NCBI RefSeq assembly: GCF_001949145.1
Contig: NW_019091357.1
Span: 4,054,228-4,118,227, forward strand
Direction of reading: 5' to 3'
Length of the DNA: 64,000 nt
Origin: Acanthaster planci
Taxonomy: Eukaryota
Shown here: positions 1 to 12,700 of the stretch, piece after piece
Layout of the letters: each line of letters opens with the position of its first letter
How positions within the stretch are numbered: position 1 is the first letter of the stretch
Program-made: the position numbers and the translations under genes
The notes under the pieces: generated by a model
The model's input: the letters and a program-made list of their open reading frames with translations, nothing else
Told to the model about the DNA's origin: nothing
The model's database searches: none

Positions 1-493
1 ATAACGTGCAAAGGTTTTAGAGTTTGTTTGTTTGTTTGTTTGTTTTTCGTTCAGTTACTTCTTTGAAAATCCAACTCGGAAAAGGGGCTTTGGAAAATAT
101 TTGCAAGTATATCAATTTATAAAAGCTGAAAAATCACCCGACCTAAAGGAGGAATATCCTGCCAAAAATTGACCCGTCACTTCCAAAAATCTAAAATGCA
201 CGAAGACCAGTCCAATGAGGCAGTCTCGTACTCTATTTATATTTCAAATTTTCATCTTTATCATGCGGGATTTAGATTTCTACAGATATCTGTTGAAACA
301 TACAGTACTGACTGTATGTGACTTTATATCTGATTTATCTGATGCAATTGTATAAAGGGCGTATGGAAATTAGCCAATGCTCACGTTGATTAATGTAAAC
401 TATGCGAAGCAAATGGGTTGTCAGTGTGAAGAGCAGACGGAAGATCCCTCACTGAAAATAAGTTGAAGTATTAAGTGTACCTGGTTTTCTCAG

Positions 494-582
494 AGATAGA
501 ACCACCGGTTCCGAGGCCCGTTGCTTCCGCCGTCAACAAACCACATCCGAACCCGTCAATTACCGTTGCAGCTAAACCTTGA
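494..582 (+). CDS. Possible terminal coding exon of an upstream gene lying mostly outside the window
   Basis: Acceptor ttttctcag at 485-493, then IEPPVPRPVASAVNKPHPNPSITVAAKP-TGA, with AATAAA at 828. No recognisable domain. Confidence 0.25.
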
Positions 583-1190
583 ACATAAAAAGGCTTCCCC
601 TCACGAAACCAGAGGAGATGGTCTGCAACAGTAATCAAATCATGTTTGGTTTACTCATGTTGGATGGCGCGGAGTCGTTCAAACACCTTTGACGAATGTT
701 AAAATAACTGATCAAAATAATTATGCCAACACTTCCTCTCCTCTCTTACATCCAGGGGTCTTTATATTCGTTAATTTTAATTCGTCGCACTATATTTCTT
801 GATATTCTACCTGCATACTGTCAGGGGAATAAACTTTAGTAGAACTTTGTTGTTAACTTGTCTTCGATCTGTCACAAGTTTCATCCTCTTTCGAGGAATT
901 TCCACTGTTTTTTTTCCGTGCTTTCTTTTATTTCTTTTAAAATTTAAATATTAATCCCAGCTTCTTGCACTACAATATTAGTTTCGCATACCTTCTTTTT
1001 AAAAACTTTTTCAAGCTGCTGTACAAAAATATTAGACAGTGCCGTGATATTATAATTCATAAGTGTCTATGTTTGTGACATTAGGGCAATGAAATCCCAC
1101 TCCAGGGTTCCCGCTGAGATTTGACTTCACCTGAATATCAAGCTAGTCAAAATGTGAGATTTGAGTGCATTTTCCAGTACACCTAACTGC

Positions 1191-1396
1191 CAGTGGCGTA
1201 TCCAGCGGGGGGGGGCAGGGGACAAGTTATCCCCTACCCCCGAGAAATGTTGTCTTTATTGATAGGGCCAAAATTCTAGCAAAGGGTATATATGTACCAC
1301 CTTTCTTTGGGGGTAGGGAAGGCAGGAAGAATTCCTTCACGGATAAAAATAATGGGCAGTCGTTAGCTCCCCCCCCCCGCCTTCGATATACCATTG
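1191..1396. mobile_element. Non-autonomous hAT-like DNA element (MITE)
   Basis: Imperfect terminal inverted repeats CAGTGGCGTATC ... GATATACCATTG with internal G and C runs. No clean TSD. Confidence 0.5.
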
Positions 1397-3783
1397 CTCA
1401 TCACACATCAGTCCGTGAAGTTGGGAGTAGAAACATTATGACGCGCAAACCTGCCTTGAAAAGCTTTCAAGTCCCATGGATCGATAATAGGCCATTTCAT
1501 GTATGCCATACCAGATCCTAAGCCCAGAGGTTTTATTCTGTTAATGGAAACCCTTAATGAGATTGAATCTCTAGATCAGTCGTTTGGCTAGCCTGTACCA
1601 CTTTTATTTATAACAATATTTTGAAATCGAGGGTAGTTTCAACGAGGACAAAGCTACCATTGTGTTTCCCAGTGGTGGGCTGTGCATCGTGGGGTGCCTG
1701 GATTAGCTTTGCCGAGAATGTGTTAGACATTTACACAAAAAATTCCTACATCAGTAAAGCTTTCAGATCAATTTACTTCACAAAAGAGACTAATCTTCCC
1801 TTGATTGCCATTCGCCAAAGTCTCTATTTTAATGGTACCGTATATAGCGTATGACGTTGTCTAAAAATTCCGAATATTGGGGAGACAAAAAGAGAACTTT
1901 TTTCTTTTAATCAAGCTGGCAGAGTAGTGATTGAAGCCTCATCAATTAGGCCCTACTCTCTCTGTTCTTACCCTGATGGCTTAATTTTCCTTATTGTGTG
2001 TATCTGCATACTGTCATGATTGACGCTTACTTAATGAATTAAGGATTCTTTGTCACTGTGGTGCACCTGATAGGCGCCAATACTACTGACTAGCCAGAGT
2101 CTAATACACGTTCAGCCCCGGTGATGACACCGCACAAATGAAGTCTAGGAGTAACGAGTTTGTACAGCTCTTTGGAAAAGTGAGAGTTTAATAACTCCCT
2201 GTCCTCACTGTTTGCACTAAAGAACCTTAAGAGATTCGATAATATAGCTGTGACGTGTCACAATATTAAGTCTGTCTATGGTTTTTTACACACTTCTAAT
2301 TAAGACGACCCTACGCCATGCTTGGCTTGGCGTTTGTTTAGAGAGAATTCAAGCCCTTTGACACGGGTGGCAAGTGTTAAATGGAAAGTCGTTTGTTTTT
2401 GTATGTTGATATGAAAATGGAGAGACTAATGGAAATGTCCACACCCTACGGGTTTATGCTAAAAAGGAATGCTGTGGAGCTTTAGATATGGACGTTGTTA
2501 AAACTGCTGTGAAATTGAGGAAGAAGCATAAGAGATTATCCGATTTTTCATAGTGACGTGAAATTTGGTATTTTACCCCAAGATCAGGGAAAATCATATT
2601 AGATAAAGAGATTTTTCTGCAATTAAGCAACACTGACAGTGTCATGTAAAGACATTATGCGAGTACCTTGCTCCTGGTTCCTAACCTGTTGCACGCGCAC
2701 CGAACCTTGCCCGGAATCTCGCGACTACTGGTAAATTTCGGCGCTTGAATGCGCAAATGCAAACCTGAATCTGATGGTATTCAGGCAATGTACTTGATAA
2801 GTGCTTCCTCTGAGCTAAATATCCATTGTTGGATGCTGCGAGATCTTCCTTGTATAAGTAAAATTTATAAAGTTTTATATGATATTTTCAATTTCTCACA
2901 TCCGCTGTTCAGTAGGGGGCAGATTCTAGTCTTCCTTTGATTTCAGCCTAGCAGGGCTGTATCAATTTTGTGTTTTTACATTTTGTAAATTTAACATTAC
3001 ATGCAAGTAAATTCATTAAAGTCATTCTGACGTGTTATTGATGCTATATGTATTTGCAAAGTGAAAAAAATGTCGGTTTATGCACCATGTATTTTAGAAA
3101 GCAGCATGTGATTTTCATGACTTGAATAAAAACGTGAACTGTACATGACTTTCACCCATGAAGGATCAGCGTGGCAAAAAAAAAGTTTCCAGTGAAATTT
3201 GAGATTTACAGGAGAGTCTGTCTCCACTTTTTTTTCAGGCGTTAAATAGGTCGCGTCATGGTCGTTGTATTTTTAATATTGCTTAATCATACATGTACCC
3301 GCACGAAAATGCGTAGACAGATTTGCGCAACAAACAGAAGCGAGGCAAAATTGCCGCTAAGTAAAAGAGTAAACTGCGCAATCGCATCAGTGTCAAATTC
3401 TTAATCTCCTATCGACATATCTCATTTGAAAGAGTTGATGAAAGCACGAACAACGGTTGTACTTATCTAATCACAAAAACAAGCAATGTCATCCAGCGGA
3501 GTCGTTGATAGCGAAGAGGGCGAGCGAGTTTTTATTGGAAGATTAATTGCAGTGGGTACTGAAGCTCTTAGTATTTTCTGTCTCTGTCGGATGTTAACGT
3601 ACATCCATTACCAAAGCTTGATGTTGCTGACGTAGGCCGGAGCTTTGTTCGTTTAAATAATATTAAGGGACGACATGCACGACCTGTCGTGCCTCATCGA
3701 AATCCCACTGTCAAGGGGAAGTCAGGGAAAGCGCTGGTCGTGGTCACAACCACAGGCAGTCTGATTTCGGGGACAGCATCAGC

Positions 3784-6700
3784 ATGAACCCTTTCCGTAG
3801 ATTGACGAGTAGGACAAACCTCGGTCGCTCCAAGGAAGTCGCCGCGTCCGAGGAAATGCAAGTCATGATCAGACTGCCACCAAGGCGAAATCCGAGCAAA
3901 GAGAAATGGGATTCGCCTGACTTGAGGGAAGTTAAGAGTGAAGTCGAGAATGAGCAGGTAGGTTGCTAAGGAAATGAGATTGCCCTGTCTTTTTAAACAC
4001 TACGGGAGATCATCAGTTTTGATTTCTCATTGCATGCACTTGGAGACTATTGTCTTCTGCCCAACTGTAACATTGTTCAGAGTCCATTTTGATTCGTATT
4101 TAGCCCCCGTTACCTCTCACCCTCTTTCAAAGTTGGCAGCGCTGGGTAAATACGACGAGTTTGTGCGAATGTACCATGCCGACCCCAAGAGGCTGGCATT
4201 TCGGGACAAGCAAGGGGCCGGGGCCCTCCATCATGCCGCCTCCCGCAACCGCATCAACATCATGGAATTTATCCTGGAGCAAAATGAGGGTAGGTTAGCA
4301 TTGCAAGCTTCCTTGAACTTCTGTCCACTCCCACTGCTTGATTCCTCCTAGTAAGCAGAAAAGGGAGGCAAGCTTCCCTGGGCTGAGGGAGATTAGGCAC
4401 TGTTTTCATTGCCCTTGAAATCCAAGTGGAATTTCGTCTGGGATTAATTGGCCTGGAATAGAGAGTACTGTATGCATTTCTATAAACATGGTCAATGTCA
4501 GGGTATCAATTTGGCTTTACAGAAAAGATAGAATTGCATTGGCTCATACTGTATATATTCGATATGTTCGGACGTTATACTGTAAAAACAAGTGTAAATG
4601 TTTAAATGCCTTTTAATGTCTTCCTGGTAACACTTAAAGAATTTGCTGTGGTGTTAAATCAAAGTATTGTGGTGTTTATTTCTCAAATAAATACGTATTG
4701 ACTGTTAATAAATTTAGACACAAATGACACCTTTGGGTGCCAATAACAAGACACAAAAACATGCTTATCGGGTGGCAACACTTTCTGAATACCGAAACAC
4801 GTTTGTTTCCGAAAGATGTTTAATATTTAAAGGTTACATGTCTCTAATGAAGGTAAAGCCGCGTTTATAATGGGCGTTGGTTTACACAGTGCAAAAGAAA
4901 CGGAAACACCTGCCGATGCATATTCCATACGTATGAAGTTTAGTAAATGGCAAAGTTGACAGAAACAACATTGATTCGTACTTGGGTGGAGGCAGTGACT
5001 TATCATCATTAACAGTTGCTAAAATTTTAGTTTGAGATAAGCTAATGCGCAGAAGATTGCAGTCAATTGGAGTTTGTAATGAACTCGAAGCATTTGCATG
5101 TGACTGAAAAAAAGCAAATGAGGATTTTTTTGTTGCCATGGTAACAAAGAAACAGTTCTCGGTCAGCTGGCTCTCTTGCTCTCAGCTGAGGATTGGCTTA
5201 TCAGTTGATAAGAAGATTTTACACCTAACTAGATTTAAAGTGTTGATTTTTGGTAAGAAGATTTTACACCTAACTAGATTTAAAGTGTTGATTTTTCTTC
5301 CAAATAATGTCTCAAGACATTATTAACACTTTAATTTTCCGATCCCGTTTGTCCCCAGAATCATACTAGACCAAGTAATGAGTTTTTCCTCTTTCCTCGT
5401 ACCATTCTAAGTTTTTTTGTTTCTTAATGTCGTGTCTCGACAGATATCAATGTGACCGACGCTGCAGGTAACACCCCGCTCCATGTTGCCGTAGAGCACG
5501 ACCACCCAGAAGCCGTTGATTTTCTTTTGAACAACGGTGCCGGCAGCACACGGCTCAACAACCACAACATGGCCGCCATCCACCTGGCAGCGGATCGGAA
5601 TAAAACCAAGGCACTCGAGGTGAGCCGCCATTTGCATGAAATTCCACAGACATAATAACCAACTCTTAGAGGGCATTATGATTTTTTTCGTACCCGTGAA
5701 AGCGAACTCTTCGCGTCAACATGTGTGAGAGCAGTGGTTTTCCGTCATATAAGTACCGATTATGGATTTTAACACAATCATACTTGCAAAAAAATCGTTC
5801 GTGCGGTTTATTCACTTATTTCCGAACGTCCTTTATGCAGATGTTCAATTTCTAGCATGTTACTAGCCTTCAGTAGCCCACGACTTTACTACAGTGGGTC
5901 AGGTCAGTGCATTTTTACTTCAGTGTCAGATTAAAGTTCGACATTAGCGAATGGTTCTTCAGCAAGGCATGATCCTCAGTACTGTAAACTGGGCATCGTT
6001 TATAGCGTAACGCGAGTTGAGAGTTTGTGGTTACTTTTGTTTGCGGGGAGGGGGAATAAATCTAATTTCTTAACGTTTACCTCTTTCTGACAACAGAATA
6101 GTTACTTCTAGAGATCAAATGTTCAAATTGTTCTCATTTAGGCTTTGGTAAAGCGGAGAGACATTGACGTCAATTACCAAGGTGACCTGGGCCAAACCGC
6201 CCTCCATTTTGGCGCCATAAAAGATAACACGGAAGCTGTAAAGATACTGGTAAGTTTTAATCTTGTACTTCGGTCTTTGCCTTTTGTTTTTTCTTCGTAC
6301 ACACTAGAAATTTTATGTAACTGCTTCAAAAAGACTCGTCGGTGGAAAGTAAATATGCATGTTTGTTATCATAATCCACTTTTCTTTCTCTCTCGCAGCG
6401 TCAATTTAAACGTATCTCCTGAAAGACATACATTTTTGTTGAAGTAATTCGTGGGAAAAACACATGGAAGTCGGAAGACTTAGAATTCTTAGTTAATATT
6501 AATCATTTTTCCCAACCCATGGTTAAACCCCGATATTGAAATCCCATGGTAGTGTGACATCTCCGATTAAGTTCTTTCCCAATCAACACGTGAGAGCATA
6601 TCAGGCAGAGCACTTTCATCTGTCAAAATTGTACTTGAAAGAGAAAATTGATCTTCACATTTTCGCCATTCCTCTTCTGATAACGTTGATGGGCCGAAAG

Positions 6701-9700
6701 TCTGACTTTCTCATCGACAACTTCGAGACGAAGCCCTGAAACTTTATCGCTCATTTTCTCGCAAGTCATGCATACCCGCATGTTTCACAAAGCATCAAGT
6801 GAAACCACTTCGATAATAACTTCCAGTTGTCTCATCAGTTCCGATACATTGCTAAGGGCTGATGTAGAGCAAAAGTTTCGGAGTGTTTGCTGAGAAGCAC
6901 CAAAATTTTGAGGATGTCTTTATGTCACATTAATGGCCTTTCTTAGAGAGACATACGGGGTTTTAACACGCTTTTGGATATGCGGGAAATGCAACAGACC
7001 AAAGATCCGCGTATGATCATTGCAATTAGTTCATATAAGCTCTTACCTCAAAGCCAAACGTCGAAATTAATTAGTAATAACCTCAATCATTAGGTTTAAT
7101 CTCGAAGTTTACTATTTTATATCTAATATCTGCAGGAACGTAAGTGTTCCCACAGATATTAAAAGTCCTGGTGATTGAAAGGTCTGTCATGATGTTTTGA
7201 CTCCATGTAAAATGAGCTGCTCAGAAGTCATTAATCTTTGCAGACAATTTGGTTGTGTCACTCCGCAGCTTCGCACACCAGCTATTAACCCTTGTGTTCG
7301 AGATAGCAATGAAGTGTATGCTATACACGCGGCAGCCAAGCACGGTTCAGCCGGTGTGCTGGATTTGCTCATTGCATTCTGTAAGTACAACGTCCGACTA
7401 CGTTATTATTTATGATGAGTAAGATGAGTTCATGCGTATTCCCCCATGTAAATTTCGATCGCTTCTGCGGAGCAATTTTCAGTGTTTTGCAAAGAGTAGC
7501 GTAGGTGTGGTAATTTCAGTTGGAGAGTTGGGTCGGGAAGGTTGGCGATAGGATGTGGTGGGTTGAAACCGATTCGGGGAGAGTTGGATTTGATTTGGTT
7601 GGGTCACCTGAGATTTGGTGGAATTGGATGAGGTGTGTCGGTTGTTCCGGTCTGACCTCGTCTTTTCAGGGAAGGGGTGGGGCAATTTGGCATTTGGTTT
7701 TCGGTTCTTGATTTTTGTCTTAGGGTGATAAAGGATAATGTGATGTTTGAGCCCCTCCCCCCAAATTCAACCAATGTTTTTTTGGGGGGGGGTTAGTTTA
7801 TTTTGTAAAGCAGGCCAGTCACTTGGGGACAAATCAATGTTAATTTTGACACATCCATAATTCCGACATCAAAAGTCACCTTTAATTTTTTCGTGTGTTC
7901 TTCTGTTTCTCCTTGTCGCCGTACAGACAAGGAAAGCTGCATCAGCAGAAAGGCTTTGGCCTACATCGACAAGGAAGGAAACACAGCTCTCCACAGCGCC
8001 GTCAACAGCGGGGACTTCGCCGCCGTGAAGTTGTGCCTTAAGTACGGGGCTCGGATCGACGTGCAGCAGGTCATCAAATGCAAGGTAATACAGTACTTCA
8101 GAGGGGAAGAATGTAAAATCACGATGTGCAAGCAGGGCGATACGTTTGTGCTGAGCTCCTCTTTGCTGCCACAAAACCATTCCAAGGAACCTTAAGCTTA
8201 GCTCATATGAGTTTGAGTCTGTTCGTTGAGGTTTGTTTTTGTCACCATTGTTTATGATATAGATGTGCTGTTATCTTTTTGAGTTGTTAACATAACGCCT
8301 GCTACTTCCAATCAAAGAAAAAGGGAACTATTTGAGTGTGCATCACTCTAATGCTCGAGCATTTAATTTAAAGGAGACAGGACTTTAAAAAATAGATGAA
8401 CCAATGCCCTCAAGGTTTCAATGCGCATTTTGTTTCAGGGTGAGCGTGCCACGCCACTCCACCTAGCCTGCACACAAGGCTCCCTCGATATCGTCAAACT
8501 CATGCTCTCCACTGGACAGACGGACAAGGACACGGCGCTCAACGTGCCCGACTGCCAACTTCAGCTGCCTCTCCACAGGTTGGAGCTTGCCTGACGGTAG
8601 TTCTTAGGAGCCCCTCGTGCCTTCTTGGCGTGGCCCCGTTGGCCACTTTAACCGTCTTTTTATTTTTTTTGGAACTGGTGGGTTATCCACCATTCTAAAA
8701 CCAGGCTGATGTAGGTAGTTACGATTATTGCAAATTCATCTCACACACTTTTTTACACTTCGAAGTAATCCGAGGTCTAGGTCTTAAATTCTGCAGAAAG
8801 CTTTGGTAATTATGGGCAATGACCGTTGTGGAACTTCCATGAACATGACCAGTGGAAGGTACTTACTTCTGTTCGGTTTTGGAATGACGGGTCACATAGT
8901 TAGGCCCAAACGTGGAATGACGTTATTGAAATACATGCAGTTCGTTATCTGTAAAATCAAAATGACCCTCAATTATGTCCAGGAACATACACTGGTTCAA
9001 TTTCCTTAAAATCTGAAAACAGACATTACGTAGGCTAACTATTTACCTACTTTTATACTCAAATTCTAACGTCAATGCGACTGCGAAGCGATAATAAATT
9101 CTTTGTCTCAGTCACTGAAGATATTAATCTTTTGAATTATTGTAGCTTATTAAAATTGAAATCCTGGATTTTATAGAGTCATCAAAGACTCTACGTGCGC
9201 ATGCCGAAATGAATATCGTTGCCATAGCAAATTTTTTACCTGGATTTTATCATTCTTCATGTGACAACGAAAATGTTTTGCGTTTAATTTTGTCATCTTC
9301 CAGTTGAAAAGTCAACCAACAGATTGGCTAATTGAATTTCGTCTGTGTTCTATCACAGGGCGGCCATGTTCGACCATGCAGAAATCGTCGACTACCTTCT
9401 GCAAGAGGTAATTAGAAATAACACATAAAATGATCTAGAATTTTACGCATTGTCCTTGTTCAAATTTGAGATATGGTGAAAAAGCTACACAGTTACAGTG
9501 AAGACTTCTTGTTCTTGGTTTCCAGGGCAGCTACATCGATGCCCAGGACAAGAACCAGCGTACTCCCCTCCTCCTGGCTACCCAGCGGGGAAGTTGGCGC
9601 TCCGTCCTGCTCCTCCTTGAAAGGGGAGCTGACGTCACAGTGACCGACTGTGAAGACCGGAACGTGCTACATCTGATTGTGCTGCACGGGGGATCCTTGG

Positions 9701-12700
9701 AGATTCTGGGTAGAGAATTTTTCAAGGTTTGTACAGCTAACCATTAACAATTACTGGCAAGTAGAACGAAAATGCAGAACAGGTTCGCTCTAGTGAGACT
9801 GGTTCCTTTCCCAAATCGGCATTCACTTCCAAATATCAGCATTATTATCTCTCCACGACAGTTCCATTATTATCACACCGATCAAATCTGATACATGCAA
9901 GTGATAAAATTATGGAAGACATCTAGGCCTGTTACAAGCAGTTTTTTCTCAGTTACTCATTTAAACCGTTTACCTCAAAACAATGACTTAGTGTACCAAA
10001 AAGTTGTCGACAATAGGTTACAAACTACAAATCAAGTATTTACATGAAGACGTTCTCATATCACCTGAGGCTAAAGTGGTTGAATCGAATAATAGATAGT
10101 CCCGCTACGAGCAACAATATCAAAGAAGCATTGTCAATGAGGGAGATCTACTTGAAAATTTCCCAGTTTGTCACAATATTAACTGCTCCTAGAAACCTGA
10201 GGCAGCGATACTGCTGAACCACGCGGACAGCACTGGCTGTACCCCGATGCACTACGCCACTAGAGAGGGCTGTATCAAGGTAGTCCAGGGGTTGATTGAG
10301 ATGGGAGCCACCGTCAACCTCAAGAACAAGGACAAGCAGTCTCCACTTCACTTCGCTGCCAGGTGAGCTGATGTCAAGACTGAAGCCAGTGGTGTGCGTG
10401 GGTAAAGTCCTGTTTGTGGTTCCGGGCATCCGTTGACCATGGTTAAGAGGTATAATAATGCTGAAAGTATTAGGAAATCCTTCGTCACAAATCATTCTCG
10501 TGACCAGCCACAACAACTAAGAGACGATATGAGGACATAATGTATTGCTGGGCCTCAGTGGGACAACAACCGACATTTAGCACCAATACTTTTTGGATAG
10601 GTCTCCGCTACAGGATGACGGGACAGCCCTACCAGGTTGACAATAAGAAATTATGCAAGAAAGAGTGTACCTTTCTAACCAAGCAGCGTCATTGATCATG
10701 TTATCTCTATTGTAAATGACTCAGTCTTTCTTTACCCTCTTGGTCCTTTACTACAGTTTGACTCTTATGTCTGTGCATGGATGTAAGCTGGCAACTTTGC
10801 TTCTTAATGCTTGAGATAAAGCTCCCTTCATTTATTCTTTTAATTAGATACGGAAGGTTCAACACCTGTAAACAGCTTCTAGACAGCCCCATTGGGCCCA
10901 ACATCATCAACGAGACCGACAGTGAAGGGATGACGGCCTTACACATTGCCTCCTGGTTCGGCCACTACAGGGTGGTCAAGCTGCTCATGTTCAAGGGGGC
11001 TCTGCTCCACAAGTTAGTGAGAACCTTTTTCTCATTACCCCAGCTTGTGGATGCTCTTCTCTTGTACCATTGCCCGCTGTGTTTCATCACCAGTAATAGT
11101 TTTATCACAGTCCCCTTTATCTTAAACAGCGAATCCGCGTGACAGAATTTGGCGTTTGCGTTTGGAATTGTCTTTTTGAATTATTTATCTGCAATATTTT
11201 AACTTCTCACGAAAGTGGGCGTCCTAAATTACAACACAATGCATACAATATTATCTTATCTACAGCTTATTATGTTTAAGTTTAGAACGATATTACGAAT
11301 ATTATTCATCACTTCGCGAAAACGCGCCCTCACCAACTGCTACTTCTACCAAGTGGTGATTATCCTCAAAATCAGGCAGGCTGTGCTCGTGCAGCGCGTT
11401 GTGATGATCATGCTCTCAACATGGCGCTCTCCCAGTTAAGATCTATATCAAGTCGCTTTATTTAATCTGCACGATCTTCAATAGTAACAAAAACTTAGAC
11501 GTGTCACCAGTTTTATTTTGGCTCAACATTTTTTGCGAACTCAATACGTTTGGAAATCCATAGCCCCTAAGGGATACTTTTTAAAAAGAGTATAAGACAG
11601 GCGATCTTTGGGACTGTTTCATTTCTCTTTCTTCCTGAAGCGTAAAGATTTAGCCGCACTCCTCGAAAAAGGCCATAAAATGTTGCATAAAATAAATTCC
11701 AAATTTTTGCCACCCCCCCAAAAAAATTTCCCCTAAAATTTGATTGATCTTCTCTGGACATGATACTAACAATGGGGAAAACTTTATTCTTAGGTTTTTG
11801 TCCTGTGGTCGTCATGATTTGGATGCTTGTAAACGCCTTGAAACACTTCGTTCCAAAAAATTCTGTACTGAACTGTTTACGAAAAGCTTCACCGATTTGC
11901 GTGGGAAAATGGCAGCTTGTCACGCTGAGCCATGAAATTAAGTTATTCCCGAAGTTCGGTCAATTTGACATCCGTTAACATTTGCCAATCAATGTCAAGT
12001 ATGAATCAGCAAGCTGAAGGTTGTACAGATCAACAAAATCATTAGATTAATTGTGTTGGTCCCTCATTTCTTTCTGAATAATTGGTTCAGTGCTGGTCAT
12101 GTGATGTGTGCAAAGCAATGTGGCAACCATTCATAATGCAGTAACAGCAGAATCCCTGAGGAATTTATACACCTTATCGATGACTGAGTCATTTGTGATG
12201 GAACAGGGTATACACGTGCATACTGCATTTAGGCAAAGATTGTTAAAGTGGCTTTAAGCCCTCTTTAAAAAGGGAACATTTCTCTTGGAAAAATGTCAAC
12301 CTTGTATCAAACGTTCTCACGTGTTCTCTCTACAATGCGACAAAATTGGTTCTTTCATATCTAGACTTACCCTAATCCAATAAAGTGCCATAGTGACATC
12401 ATTTTTTGGCTGTCCAAAAAAATAGAAATTTTGTATCAAAACTATGGAGGTTTTCTTCTTGACAGGCTCAACTCCCACACGCTGAGAAAGTTTGATATCC
12501 CATGCATTAGTTCTGCTTGTGGTTTTTTCATAGGGCACCCCTTCAGATTTGGCGTTTCATGGTGTTGGTGAATCATGATATTCTACCTTCATGAAAACGC
12601 AAATCCATGAAACCAAACGATTCAATGCTTCCTGTCAGAGAGGTTAAGGAACTCTGGGGCTATAGGCTTAAGTCGCAACTTTGCCGAAATGCCGAAGACA

